In this document: positions 9,767-20,257 of the stretch, piece by piece
Layout: the number at the start of each line of letters is the position of its first letter
Numbering within the stretch: the stretch's first letter is position 1
DNA from: Polyangiales bacterium
GTDB taxonomy: Bacteria > Myxococcota_A > Polyangia > Polyangiales > Ga0077539
Assembly (NCBI GenBank): GCA_044229975.1
Contig: JBGARZ010000001.1
Coordinates: forward strand, 416,001-480,000
Direction: 5' to 3'
DNA: 64,000 bases
The notes under the pieces: model-generated
Told to the model about the DNA's origin: nothing
The model's input: only the letters and a program-made list of their open reading frames with translations
Database searches by the model: none
Program-made: the position numbers and the translations under genes

Positions 9767-11965
9767 TCAGATGCCGCCGTCGCCGACGCCGATCGGCAGC
9801 GGGAGCACGGAGAGCGAGTAGGCGCCGCGCGACTCGGAATTGAAGCCCGCCACGTTGACCCAGTAGTCGCCCGGGTCGAGCACCACGTCGAAGATCGCGG
9901 GCGATGCGCCGTCGCCGACGAGGCACCCGCCGGGCAGGCTCGACCCCGGGCACATGGGCCCCTGCGTGACCCACAGCACCGCGTTGAAGGACGTGCCCTC
10001 CAGCGAAAACTGCACCCGCTGGCGCACGTCGGAGCGGTAGCGGAACACCGCGTCTTCGCTCGTGGTGCCGAGGGTGCACGGCGCGATGTAGTCGCGGCGC
10101 AGCGTGGCGGTGTTGCCGAGGTAGTAGCCGCCGCCTGACGGAATGACCTGGGCCATCGCGCACACGTCGTTGCCGGCGGCGGTGATGGGCGCGAGCGGCG
10201 GTCGCGCGTCGAGCGTCACGCTGAACTCCGTCCCGCGATACCCGCGGATGACGAGGTAGTAGTCGCCGGGGTCGAGGCCCCGCGCGGTGAGTCGGTTGAC
10301 GGTGCCTGAGCGGCACACGGCCTCGCCCGTCGCGCTGCCGCAGGAGCGTTGGATGGCCGAGAAGAAGTAGTCCGACGCGCCGCCGCGGACGAGCGCGGTG
10401 ACGTCGAGGGTCTGATCGAGGCGGAAGCGGTACACCACGTCGCGGCTGTCGCCGCCGTAGCAGGAGATGGGCGTGTCGCTCTGGGCGCCGGCGAAGGTGC
10501 CCGCGACGGTGGTGCCCGGCGTGAGCGGGAGCGCGTTGCTGCACGAATCTCCCGCGACGGCCATGGTGGGCGCCGTGATCTCGGCTTCGAGGGCGAACTC
10601 CTGCACGCGCGTCCCTTCGACGACGACGTAGTAGGTGCCCGGCGCGAGGTTGCGCAGGCTCGCCTGGGCGGGGTTGCCCGTGGCGCAGCGCAGGCTCGCG
10701 GGCATGCGCCCGCAGGTCGAGACGACCGCGAGGGACATGTAGTCCGAGCGCCCGCCCGAGAGGCGCAGCGAGACGTCGCGGCGCTCGGTGGTGGTGAAGC
10801 GGTAGACGAGGTCGGGCGTGACGCCGCCGCAGCTCGTGATGACGTCGTCGGCGACGTCGACGAGGGTGCCGCGGAGCGTTCCGCCGGTGGCGGGGATGTC
10901 GATGGCCCCGTCGCACCCGTCGTTGACGGGGTTGGGCGTCGGGTCACCAAACTCCACGGTGAGCGCGACGTCGCCGGTGCCCACCACGGCGCTCGACGTG
11001 GCGATCTGCACGAAGTACTCGCCCGCCGGGAGCGCCCGCGCGCGATACACCGTCGGGTAACCCAGCACGCAGTCGCGGATGCCCTCGGTGCCGCCGCACG
11101 TGGTGCTGAGCTGCACCATCACCTGGGCGCCGCCGCCGTCCGTCGTGATGGCGACGTCGCGCGCCGTCTCCAGCCGGAACCGCAGCATGGCGTCGCGCGT
11201 GGGGACGGTGTTGCCGAGGCAGCGCGAGGGGTAGTCGCCGAGGGCGCCCGCGAGGGGCAGCGTGAAGCTCCCGCCGCGCGAGACGTCGAGGGTGTCGTCG
11301 CAGCGGTCGTACATGGGCCGCGAGCAGCCCGTGCGGTCGGCGGTGTCGACCTCGCCGTTGCAGTTGTTGTCGATGCCGTCGCCGCAGATCTCCGGCAGCG
11401 TCGAGTTGACCCGCGGGTTGCTGTCGTCGCAGTCGCCGCCGCGCCAGCAGGGCGGGTCGGGCACGCCCGCGTCGCACGCCTGCGCGTTGCAGCGGAAGTC
11501 GGGGTCGCCGTCGCCGTCGAAGTCGCGCGGGCGGTGCACGCAGGTGCGGGTCATCTCGTCGCAGCGGTCGATGGTGCAGGTGTAGTTGTCGTTGCAGGTG
11601 ACGGGCGTGCCGCGCACGCACCCGCGGCGCACGTCGCAGGTCTCCACGCCGTTGCAGTAGGCCGTGTCGTCGCAGCGCGACGGGTCGGCCACGCTCACGC
11701 AGCGGCCGTCGGCGGCGCAGAAGTCGGTGGTGCAGTCGACCCCGTCGTCGCACTGCGAGCTGCGGGTGCAGGCGCGGCCCCGCGCGTCGTTGACCTCGCC
11801 GACGTCGACGGCAAACACCCGGTCGATGGTCGTGATGTCGCTCGTGACGGTGGCGTCGAGCGGGCCGCCGTCGACGAAGCCCAGCGTGTCGTCGCCGCAG
11901 CCCCCGAGGAGGGCGGCGAGCGCGGCGAGCGCGAGGCATGGGGCGCGAAACCAACGGTGCGACAT
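9767..11965 (-). CDS. Cys-rich lipoprotein with MopE-like motif and repeated beta-sandwich modules
   Basis: Lipobox LLGGC; CDDGVDCTTDFC-type repeats; DCDD...EICGDGIDNNCNG; four repeats ending in L-x-[AP]-G-x-Y-[FYW]. Confidence 0.8.
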   Translation of the reverse strand: MSHRWFRAPCLALAALAALLGGCGDDTLGFVDGGPLDATVTSDITTIDRVFAVDVGEVNDARGRACTRSSQCDDGVDCTTDFCAADGRCVSVADPSRCDDTAYCNGVETCDVRRGCVRGTPVTCNDNYTCTIDRCDEMTRTCVHRPRDFDGDGDPDFRCNAQACDAGVPDPPCWRGGDCDDSNPRVNSTLPEICGDGIDNNCNGEVDTADRTGCSRPMYDRCDDTLDVSRGGSFTLPLAGALGDYPSRCLGNTVPTRDAMLRFRLETARDVAITTDGGGAQVMVQLSTTCGGTEGIRDCVLGYPTVYRARALPAGEYFVQIATSSAVVGTGDVALTVEFGDPTPNPVNDGCDGAIDIPATGGTLRGTLVDVADDVITSCGGVTPDLVYRFTTTERRDVSLRLSGGRSDYMSLAVVSTCGRMPASLRCATGNPAQASLRNLAPGTYYVVVEGTRVQEFALEAEITAPTMAVAGDSCSNALPLTPGTTVAGTFAGAQSDTPISCYGGDSRDVVYRFRLDQTLDVTALVRGGASDYFFSAIQRSCGSATGEAVCRSGTVNRLTARGLDPGDYYLVIRGYRGTEFSVTLDARPPLAPITAAGNDVCAMAQVIPSGGGYYLGNTATLRRDYIAPCTLGTTSEDAVFRYRSDVRQRVQFSLEGTSFNAVLWVTQGPMCPGSSLPGGCLVGDGASPAIFDVVLDPGDYWVNVAGFNSESRGAYSLSVLPLPIGVGDGGI

Positions 11966-12081
11966 GCGGTGTCCTCGGAGAGAGAATCTTTGAAGGGGAG
12001 CGCAGTATAGGGCCCTTTCCGGCAGCGGGCGCTTCGCAGACGTGGTGCCGCGCGGCGGGCGGGCGTAGCGTGCCGCCGATC

Positions 12082-13497
12082 ATGTTCACCCGACGCACGA
12101 AGATCGTTTGCACCCTCGGCCCGGCCTGCAACAGCCCGGAGGCCATCGACGCGCTCATCGACGCGGGCATGGACGTGGCGCGCCTCAACTTCTCCCACGG
12201 CACCCATGACGACCATCAGCGCGCGGTCACGGCCATCCGCGAGGCGAGCACGCGCCACCGCAAGGCCATCACCATCCTCGGCGACCTGTGCGGCCCGAAG
12301 ATCCGCGCGGGCCGGCTCGGCGGTTACCGCGAGGTGGTCGCGGGCGACACGCTCTGCCTCATGGCGGGCGAAGAGGCGCCTCCGGGGGTGATCCCCATCC
12401 GCTATGACACCCTCGCGGCCGACCTCCGCAGCGGCGACGCCATCCACGCCGACGACGGTCGCATCCGCCTGCGCGTGACCGAGATCGTCGGCGACCGGGT
12501 GCACGTCATCGTCGAGGAGGGCGGCCGCCTGCGCGACGCGGTGGGCATCCACCTGCCGTCGGGCAACCTCCAGCTCGACGCGCTCACCGACAAAGACCGC
12601 CTCGACCTGGAGTTTGGTCTCTCGGTGGGCATCGACTACGTGGCCGTGTCCTTCGTGCGCTCGGTCGACGACGTGCGGCGGGTGCGGGAGTTCTGCGAGG
12701 CGCGCGGCCGCTCGGTGCCGGTGTGCTCCAAGATCGAGACCCCGCAGGCCATCGACCACCTCGAAGCCATCGTCGAAGCCTCCGATGCCGTGATGGTCGC
12801 GCGCGGCGACCTGGGCGTGGAGTTTCCGCCCGAGCAGGTCCCCGTGCTCCAGCACCGGGTGCTGGTGTGCGCGGCGGCGCGGCGGCGACCGGCCATCGTG
12901 GCGACGGAGATGCTGCACTCGATGGTCACCTCGACGCGGCCGACGCGGGCCGAGGCGAGCGACGTGGCCAACGCCATCTTCGACGGCGCCGACGCGACCA
13001 TGCTCTCCGGCGAGACGGCCTCTGGCGCGCACCCCGCGCTCGCCGTCGGGATGATGGCGCGCATCATCAGCGCGGCCGAGAGCTCGCCGTACTGGCAGCC
13101 CGAGCGGCCGCCCGCGCACGCCAAGCCGATGCCCTTCCCCGAGGCGACGGCGCGCATGGCGGTGATGGCCGCCAACGACCTCGACGCGCGGCTCATCGCG
13201 GTGTTTACGCAGGGCGGCGACACGGCGCGGCTCATCTCGAAGGAGCGCCCGACGGTGCCCGTGGTGGCCTTCTCGCCGAGCGAGGTGGTGCGCCGGCGAT
13301 TGGGTCTCCTGTGGGGCGTGACGTCGCGCGTGATGGAGCCGCTCGCCGACACCGACGACATGGTCGAGGCGGTGCAGGCGCACCTCATGGCGAGCGGGAT
13401 GGTGACGCCGGGCGACCGCATCGTGGTGGTGTTTGGCGCGCCCATCGCGGTGAAGGGGCGAACCAACACCGTGCGGGTGCACCAGGTCGGGGGCTGA
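12082..13497 (+). CDS. pyk: Pyruvate kinase
   Basis: RRTKIVCTLGP, ARLNFSHG, KIET, MVARGDLGVE, MLSGETASG. Confidence 0.97.
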   Translation: MFTRRTKIVCTLGPACNSPEAIDALIDAGMDVARLNFSHGTHDDHQRAVTAIREASTRHRKAITILGDLCGPKIRAGRLGGYREVVAGDTLCLMAGEEAPPGVIPIRYDTLAADLRSGDAIHADDGRIRLRVTEIVGDRVHVIVEEGGRLRDAVGIHLPSGNLQLDALTDKDRLDLEFGLSVGIDYVAVSFVRSVDDVRRVREFCEARGRSVPVCSKIETPQAIDHLEAIVEASDAVMVARGDLGVEFPPEQVPVLQHRVLVCAAARRRPAIVATEMLHSMVTSTRPTRAEASDVANAIFDGADATMLSGETASGAHPALAVGMMARIISAAESSPYWQPERPPAHAKPMPFPEATARMAVMAANDLDARLIAVFTQGGDTARLISKERPTVPVVAFSPSEVVRRRLGLLWGVTSRVMEPLADTDDMVEAVQAHLMASGMVTPGDRIVVVFGAPIAVKGRTNTVRVHQVGG

Positions 13498-13505
13498 GCG
13501 CGGCA

Positions 13506-15065
13506 GTGGCGTCGTTGCCCGGCCAGAGCGAACCGCGGACGTCGCAGACCAACCCCACGGGGCCGTCGCAGGGGCTCGAGCTCGACAGCGTTCCGTCGGC
13601 GATGGGCGGGCTCATCGGCACCGAGGACGACGGCAACGAGCACGCGGCCGAAGTCGCGCGGATGGCGCGGGTGTGGTGGTTCGGCGCCCTGGTGTGGGGC
13701 TCGTCCATCAGCCTCGACTGGCTCACGGTGACCTTCGTCGAGCCGGGGCCGCTCGGCTGGTTCGCGGCGCTGCGCGGCGCCGAGCTGGCGGTCATCATCG
13801 CGGTCGCCTTCCGACTAGGGCGGCAGCCGGTGCTGCCCCAGCGCACGGTGGTGGCGCTCGACGTGCTGGGCAACGCGCTCGCGGCCTTCGCCGTGGCGCT
13901 GATGGCGACGCGCTACCGCGGCCTCGCGAGCCCGTACGCCCACGGGGTGTCGTGCGTGCTGGTGGCGCGCGGCATCACGCTGGCGGAGCCCTGGCGGCGC
14001 GGCGCGGTGCGCGTCGGCATCGTGGCCCTCGTCTACCCGGTGACGATGGTGCTGCTCGCCCTCGCCGGGCCGCTGCGCCCACAGCTCTCCGACCCGCGCG
14101 CCCTCGCCATCTTCGCGCAGAACTCCATCTGGATCGTCTCCACCGCTGGGCTGCTGGTGATCGGCGGGCACATCGTGTGGTCGCTGCGGAAGCAGGTGTC
14201 CGAGGCGCGCAAGGTGGGCCGCTACAGGCTGGAGAAGGTGATCGGTAGCGGGGCGATGGGGGAGGTGTGGCTCGCGCGGCACCGGGCGCTCAAGCAAGCG
14301 GTCGCGGTGAAGGTGCTCAAGCCCGGCGGGACGGAGCAGATCACCGTGGCGCGCTTCGAGCGCGAGGTGCGCGCGATGACGCTGCTGCGGCACCCCAACA
14401 CGGTGCGCGTGCTCGACTACGGGCGCACCGCCGACGGGCTCTGGTACTACGTCATGGAGTTGCTGGAGGGCGAGACGCTCTCGGCGCTCATCAAGCGCGA
14501 GGGGCCGCTGTCGCCGACGCGCGCGGTGGCGATGGTCGAGCAGGCGGCGCGGGCGCTGGGTGAGGCGCACGCGGCGGGCGTGGTGCACCGCGACCTGAAG
14601 CCCGACAACCTCTTCGTGACGAAGCTCGGCGGCGAGGCGGACTTCATCAAGGTGCTGGATTTCGGCGTCGCCAAGGTGCTCGCCGGGGAAGAGAACCCCG
14701 ACCTCACCTCGGACAACGCCCTGCTCGGGACGCCGGCGTTCATGTCGCCGGAGCAGATCGCGGGCGACGCGACCGACCCGCGGAGCGACGTGTACGCGCT
14801 GGGCGCGGTGCTCTTCTACCTGCTCACGGGGAAGAAGGTGTTCTCCGCGGCGACCATCAGCGCGCTGCTGGTGAAGCACATGCACGAGACGCCGTCAGCG
14901 CCGTCGACGCTGACGCCCACGGTGAGCCCCGGCCTCGACGCGCTGGTGCTGCGCTGCCTCGCGAAGGACCGCGACGAGCGCTTCGCCGATGGGACGAAGC
15001 TGGCCGAGGCGCTGCGGGCGGTGGACGCCACGGAGCGGGCGGTGGAGGCGACGGTCGACGCGTAG
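13506..15065 (+). CDS. Membrane-bound Ser/Thr protein kinase
   Basis: About 5-6 TM helices, then GSGAMGEV, VAVK, HRDLKPDN, DFG, GTPAFMSPE; start uncertain (GTG 13506 or ATG 13602). Confidence 0.9.
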   Translation: MASLPGQSEPRTSQTNPTGPSQGLELDSVPSAMGGLIGTEDDGNEHAAEVARMARVWWFGALVWGSSISLDWLTVTFVEPGPLGWFAALRGAELAVIIAVAFRLGRQPVLPQRTVVALDVLGNALAAFAVALMATRYRGLASPYAHGVSCVLVARGITLAEPWRRGAVRVGIVALVYPVTMVLLALAGPLRPQLSDPRALAIFAQNSIWIVSTAGLLVIGGHIVWSLRKQVSEARKVGRYRLEKVIGSGAMGEVWLARHRALKQAVAVKVLKPGGTEQITVARFEREVRAMTLLRHPNTVRVLDYGRTADGLWYYVMELLEGETLSALIKREGPLSPTRAVAMVEQAARALGEAHAAGVVHRDLKPDNLFVTKLGGEADFIKVLDFGVAKVLAGEENPDLTSDNALLGTPAFMSPEQIAGDATDPRSDVYALGAVLFYLLTGKKVFSAATISALLVKHMHETPSAPSTLTPTVSPGLDALVLRCLAKDRDERFADGTKLAEALRAVDATERAVEATVDA

Positions 15066-15246
15066 CGCGGCTGCGAGAACCGCAAGGGAAGAAGGTGTTG
15101 CTGGACCCGGCGCGACGAAGCGTCCGGCACGAGGCTGCTCATCCAGGATCAACGCCTCGAAGCCCGACCTTCACCTTGTCTGGTCCTTGCGACCCTGGCG
15201 CCCTGGCGGTTGCTTCTTCGAAGCCTGCCAGGTTCGCCCCGCCCCG

Positions 15247-16152
15247 TCAGTCCTCGTAGGCCGAGCTCGCGGTCGAGCTCAACACCAGGTCGAGCGACGA
15301 CGAACCCAGCAGGTTCTTCTCGATGGTGTCGCAGATGCGGGTGAGCGGGAGGTCGTTGGGGTCGTGCCCGAAGGGGTTGTCGAGCTCCTCTCCGAGCGCC
15401 TCGACCATCAGCACGCAGTACGCCGCCATCATCGTGACGACCGGCGCGATGAACCCGAGCTCCTTCACGATGCAGAGCGGCAGCGTCGCAAGGTAGAGCG
15501 CCGTCCCCCGGCGTAGCAGCAGCACGTACCCGAGCGGCGTCGGCGTCTTGCGGATGCGCTCGCAGCCGCCCATCAGGTTGACCAGCGCGCAGACCTCCTC
15601 CTCGGCGCGCGCGGCCATCATCGGGTCGAGGGCGCCGGTGCGCACCATCGTCGCGAGGCGGTTGGAGAGCTGCGACGCGGCGAACGAAGGCAGGTGCGGG
15701 TGCGACGCGACGGGCACCGCCGCGTCCTCGTTGAGCAGGCGGGAGATCTCCGGGTGCTCGGGCTCGTCGCGCAGCGAGCGTCGCGTCGCGTGGGCGAACA
15801 CCACCACCCAGGTCGCGAACTCGCGCGCCGCGTGGGCGTCGACCTTGGCGTGGGTGCTCACGATGCGCCCGAGGTTGCGCGACGCGTTGACGATGCCGCC
15901 CCAGAGCGTTCGCCCCTCCCAGAAGCGGTTGTAGGAGGTGTTGGTGCGAAACGCGAGGATGAGCGCGATGACGGCGCCCGCCACTTCGTAGAGCCCGACG
16001 TTGAGCACGACGTGGGCGTTGAAGTGATGCATCACGCAGACGCCGGTGGCGATGGCCCCGAAGGCGATCACCCGGCGCGGCAGCCCCGGCGAGAACGACC
16101 CGCGCGGGGACACCAGCATGTGGAACCAGTCTTGTTTGCCGTAGAGGAGCAC
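15247..16152 (-). CDS. Bestrophin-family ion channel
   Basis: FRTNTSYNRFWEGR, GGCERIRKTP, ELDNPFG-x-DPNDLP. Confidence 0.92.
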   Translation of the reverse strand: MLLYGKQDWFHMLVSPRGSFSPGLPRRVIAFGAIATGVCVMHHFNAHVVLNVGLYEVAGAVIALILAFRTNTSYNRFWEGRTLWGGIVNASRNLGRIVSTHAKVDAHAAREFATWVVVFAHATRRSLRDEPEHPEISRLLNEDAAVPVASHPHLPSFAASQLSNRLATMVRTGALDPMMAARAEEEVCALVNLMGGCERIRKTPTPLGYVLLLRRGTALYLATLPLCIVKELGFIAPVVTMMAAYCVLMVEALGEELDNPFGHDPNDLPLTRICDTIEKNLLGSSSLDLVLSSTASSAYED

Positions 16153-16193
16153 CGCCGTTGCGTCGAGCCAACGGCGGCTCCCGTCAAGCGCGG

Positions 16194-18116
16194 TCAGCCC
16201 TTCGGGGCGAGCGCCTTCTGCATCAGGTCGGTCATGCGCTTCGCGAAGCGGTGCGGGTCATCGGGCGTCGAGCCTTCGGTGAGCAACGCCTGGTCGTGGA
16301 GGAGCTCGATCCACTCGTCGAGGTCGGCGTCGCCCTCCGCGGCGCGCGCCTGGATGGCCGCGATGAGCGGGTGCGTCGGGTTGAGCTCCAGCACCCGCGA
16401 CGACGGCGGAACCTCGCGCCCGTTGGCGCGCAGCAGGCGCTCCATGGCGGGGTTCATCCCGCCCGGCGGCACCACGAGGCAGGCCGGCGAGTCCTTGAGG
16501 CGCGCCGAGCTGCGCACCTCGCGCACGCGCGAGCCGAGCACCGACTTCACCTTGTCGATGAGCGGCTTGAGGGCGCCCGCGGCGGCCTCCTCCGAGGCCT
16601 TCGCCTCGGGGCTCGCGTCGAGCTTGAGGTCGGCGTTGGCCACGTTGGCCAGCTTCTTCCCCTGGAACTCCTTGAGCCCGTCGGCCGCCAGCGTATCGAT
16701 GGGGTCGAAGAGGTAGAGCACCTCGTAGCCGCGCTCGCGCAGCGCCTCCAGGTGCGGCGAGTTGGCGGCCGCCTGACGGGTCTCGCCGATGGAGTAGTAG
16801 ATCGCCTCCTGCCCCTCCTTCATGCGCCCGACGTACTCGGCCAGCGACGTGATGCCGTCGCCGTTGGAGCTATCGAAGCGCACCAGGGTGCCCAGGCGCT
16901 CGCGGTACTCGTAGTCGAGGTGCAGCCCCTCCTTGAGCACCTTGCCGAACTGCGACCAGAACGTGGCGTAGGTCTCGGGCGAGTCCTTGGCGAGCTCGTC
17001 GAGCCGGTCGAGGGTCTTCTTGGCGACCTGGCGCTTGATGGCGCGCACCACGGCGGAGTCCTGCAAGGTCTCGCGCGACACGTTGAGCGGCAGGTCGTCG
17101 GAGTCGATGACGCCGCGCACGAAGCGCAGCCACAGCGGAACCAGCGCGTCGCAGTTGTCCATGATGAACACCCGCTTCACGAAGAGCTTCACGCCGCGGC
17201 GCCCCTCGCCCGGGGTGTCCATCTCGAAGGGCGGGCGCTTGGGGAGGTAGAGCAACCCCGCGAACTCCTGCGACCCCTCGACCTTGAAGTGCGCCCACGC
17301 CAGCGGCTCTTCCCAGTCGTTGGTGACGTGCTTGTAGAACTCCTTGTACTGCTCGTCGGTGATCTCGCTCTTCGAGCGCTGCCACAGCGCGCGGGCCTGG
17401 TTGATCACCTCGAAGTCGGGCTTCTTCTCGGCCTCCTCCTCGCCCTCCTTCTTCTCGTCCGCGTCTTCTTCCTTGTCGCGCGCGAGCTCGATGGGGTGGC
17501 CGACGAAGTCCGAGTACTTCTGGACGAGGTCCTTCAACTGCCAGGTCTGGAGGAAGTCCTTCTGGTCGTCCTTCAGGTGCAGCACCACCGAGGTGCCGCG
17601 CGCGGCGCGCGTCGCAGGCTCGATGTCGAAGCCGTCCTTCGCGTTGGACGACCACTTCCACGCGTCGTCGCTGCCCGCCGCGCGCGACACGACCTCCACC
17701 CGGTCGGCCACCAGCCACGCCGCGTAGAACCCCACGCCGAACTGCCCGATGAGCTGGAGGTCGGCCTTCTCGCCGCGCCCCTTGAGCATCTCGACGAACT
17801 TCTTCGACCCCGAGCGCGCGATGGTGCCGAGGTTTTCGATGAGCTCGTCGTGGGTCATGCCCACGCCGTTGTCCTCGATGGTGAGCGTCCCCGCCGTCGC
17901 GTCGGGGATGAGCCGGATGCCCAGCGACTCTTCGCCGTGCAGGCCCGCCTCGGTCACGCCGCGAAACTTCAGCTTGTCGATGGCGTCGGAGGCGTTGGAG
18001 ATGAGCTCCCGGAGGAAGACCTCGCGGTGGCTGTAGAGGGAGTGGATCACCAGGTCGAGGACCTGGCTCACCTCGGCTTGAAAGGAGTGGTGTTCGGGCT
18101 TGGGGTTGGTGTCCAT
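16194..18116 (-). CDS. htpG: Chaperone HtpG (Hsp90)
   Basis: FQAEV, FLRELISNASDA, IGQFGVGFY, LPLNVSRE. Confidence 0.98.
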   Translation of the reverse strand: MDTNPKPEHHSFQAEVSQVLDLVIHSLYSHREVFLRELISNASDAIDKLKFRGVTEAGLHGEESLGIRLIPDATAGTLTIEDNGVGMTHDELIENLGTIARSGSKKFVEMLKGRGEKADLQLIGQFGVGFYAAWLVADRVEVVSRAAGSDDAWKWSSNAKDGFDIEPATRAARGTSVVLHLKDDQKDFLQTWQLKDLVQKYSDFVGHPIELARDKEEDADEKKEGEEEAEKKPDFEVINQARALWQRSKSEITDEQYKEFYKHVTNDWEEPLAWAHFKVEGSQEFAGLLYLPKRPPFEMDTPGEGRRGVKLFVKRVFIMDNCDALVPLWLRFVRGVIDSDDLPLNVSRETLQDSAVVRAIKRQVAKKTLDRLDELAKDSPETYATFWSQFGKVLKEGLHLDYEYRERLGTLVRFDSSNGDGITSLAEYVGRMKEGQEAIYYSIGETRQAAANSPHLEALRERGYEVLYLFDPIDTLAADGLKEFQGKKLANVANADLKLDASPEAKASEEAAAGALKPLIDKVKSVLGSRVREVRSSARLKDSPACLVVPPGGMNPAMERLLRANGREVPPSSRVLELNPTHPLIAAIQARAAEGDADLDEWIELLHDQALLTEGSTPDDPHRFAKRMTDLMQKALAPKG

Positions 18117-18169
18117 GGCGACCGAGGCTGATAACCAGCCGTGCGCCGGGGCTCAACCCCTTTCGTCGA

Positions 18170-19555
18170 TCATTCCGCCAGGGACGGCGACACGAACGCA
18201 TCGCGCTGCGCCCACAGCTCGTCGGCGACCTCCGCCGGGAGCCCGTCGACCAACGATCCGATGGCCTGGTCGACGTCGCCGCCCTCGGCCGCCGCCCGGC
18301 CCGAGCGCCGCGCGATGTCGCTCGCCGCCTCCAACACCATCCGCGCCGTCATCCGCCCGACCATCCCGCCGAGGGTCTTGAGCGCCTCGCCCTGGGCCCG
18401 CGCCTCGGACTCCGACTCGGCGCGCATCACCCTGATCTGCTCCATCGCCGCCGCCAGCTTGCGGGCGTAGCGGTCGCGGTATCCCTGCGCTTCCTTCGCC
18501 TCGCGCAGCGCCGTCTCGACGCGCTCGGAGACGTCCGTCGCGTAGGTTCCGAGCGCCTCGCGCGTCGCTTCGAGCTCGCGCAACGCCTCGGAGTGCTCCT
18601 GCTGCAGCGCGGCCACGACGTCGAGGTGCTCGGCGCGGATGGACTCCAAGGCGACCTCCCGCGCGTCCTCCATCGAGCGCTTCAGGGCGAGCGTGGCCTC
18701 CTCCGCGGAGATGCGCGCGGCCCGCTCGGCGGCGAGCTCCTCGGCCTGCTCGTCCTCCATCGCGCGCAGGGCGATGGCGTGCGCCGCGCGGGCCGCCTCG
18801 AAGCGCGCCACCAGTGCTTCCTGCGCCCCTTCGGCCTCGGCGCGGCAGCGCTCCACCACCGTCGCGAGCTCACCGCGCAGCGCCGCGAGCTCGCGCGCGT
18901 GAACCTCCGTCGCCCGCTGCCGCTCGGCGTTGAGCGCGTGCAGCGCCGAGCGCAGCCCCTGGGCGTCGTTGGCGATCTCCTGGAGCTGGCGGCGGGCCTC
19001 GTCGCGCTCGCGGGTGCGGTCTTCGCAGTAGCGCCGCCACTCGTGGACGGTGCCGTCGGCCTGCATGAGGGCGCTGGCGGTCTGCTCGCGCTCCTGGCGC
19101 ACCGACTCGAGCGTCCGACCGAGGGTCGCGCGCTCGGCCTCGATGGCCTGGAACACCCCGTCCCGCGACCGCAGCCGCTCTTCGAGTTCGGCGCGCTCGC
19201 GGCGCATGCGCTCGACCACCTCGCGCGACTCCATCATCGCGCGGTCGCGCCCCACCTGGTGGCTCTTGAGCGCGAGGATCTCGTTGTCCTTGCGGGCGAG
19301 GGCCTCGCGCAGGAGGGCGATGCGCCGGGTGCCGCCGCCGTCGCCGTTGCGGGTGGCCTCGTCGAGCTCGCGGTGCGCGCGCTGGAGGGCCTCGACCTCG
19401 CGGCGGAGGTGGGCGTTTTCCGAGACGAGCTGATCGCGGTGCCGGGCGATCTGCTGGGCGGCGGCGTGGGCCGCGCGGTACTCCGGCTCGGGGACGAAGG
19501 ACGGGAGCTCGTTGTGCGTGTCGACCGGGCTCGGGCTCTCGTAGTTCAGCGCCAT
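18170..19555 (-). CDS. Long coiled-coil protein of unknown function
   Basis: E/R/A/L-rich heptad pattern over most of about 460 aa; no TM segment. Confidence 0.7.
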   Translation of the reverse strand: MALNYESPSPVDTHNELPSFVPEPEYRAAHAAAQQIARHRDQLVSENAHLRREVEALQRAHRELDEATRNGDGGGTRRIALLREALARKDNEILALKSHQVGRDRAMMESREVVERMRRERAELEERLRSRDGVFQAIEAERATLGRTLESVRQEREQTASALMQADGTVHEWRRYCEDRTRERDEARRQLQEIANDAQGLRSALHALNAERQRATEVHARELAALRGELATVVERCRAEAEGAQEALVARFEAARAAHAIALRAMEDEQAEELAAERAARISAEEATLALKRSMEDAREVALESIRAEHLDVVAALQQEHSEALRELEATREALGTYATDVSERVETALREAKEAQGYRDRYARKLAAAMEQIRVMRAESESEARAQGEALKTLGGMVGRMTARMVLEAASDIARRSGRAAAEGGDVDQAIGSLVDGLPAEVADELWAQRDAFVSPSLAE

Positions 19556-19662
19556 GAAGAAGACCTCCGAGTCCCCCGATGGACCAGACCGACAAGTGGG
19601 GTCCAGTTTTCTGCGCAGATGGCTTTGACGATCCAACGGCCGTGCGGTCACCCTCGACGGCG

Positions 19663-20076
19663 ATGCAGTACCCACCGCCTCCCCCGGCATCGGGCTCCAC
19701 CGCGGGTCCGAACGTTCCCTACGGCGCACCGCAGGGCTTCGGCCCGCCGCCCGGCTACGGCCAGCCCATGGGGTACGACCCGCGCCTCGCCCGCGCGGCG
19801 CAGCTCGCCGAGAGCGCCCGCAACTGGCTCATCATCTGCGCCATCGGGTGGTTCGTGGGCTTCGTGATGATCACCGGCCCGCTCGCGTGGTACCAGGCGA
19901 CCGAGATCGGCAAGGAGTTCGGCACGCTGGGCCTGGAGCCGCCGAGCGACGTCCGAAACCTCCGGCTGCTGGGCATCATCTCGACCATCTTCGTCGCGGT
20001 GGGCTTCCTCGTCGTGATCGGGATCTTCGTGCTCGTCGGCGCGGGCATGTTCGCCTCGGGCGCCTTCGCTCGCTGA
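19663..20076 (+). CDS. Small membrane protein with Pro/Gly/Tyr-rich N-terminus (DUF4190-like)
   Basis: YPPPPP...GYGQPMGY followed by two hydrophobic segments. Confidence 0.7.
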   Translation: MQYPPPPPASGSTAGPNVPYGAPQGFGPPPGYGQPMGYDPRLARAAQLAESARNWLIICAIGWFVGFVMITGPLAWYQATEIGKEFGTLGLEPPSDVRNLRLLGIISTIFVAVGFLVVIGIFVLVGAGMFASGAFAR

Positions 20077-20097
20077 CCAGCGGGCGCCGCTCCATCG

Positions 20098-20121
20098 CGG
20101 CTGACAGAGGACTGTCAGCCG
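20098..20121. terminator. Perfect 10-bp hairpin downstream of the 19663 gene
   Basis: CGGCTGACAG-AGGA-CTGTCAGCCG; no clear U-tract. Confidence 0.45.
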
Positions 20122-20257
20122 AGCGCGCCGCGAAGGATGGCGCGAGAGCAGGCAGCCTCGTCGGACACGCGATGCAGGAGGCCAACGCAGCTTCAGGCGT
20201 GGAGTCGCCACCATGGCTGGCAGCCCATCCAGCTTCGGGCCTGGATCCGTCGCCCTT

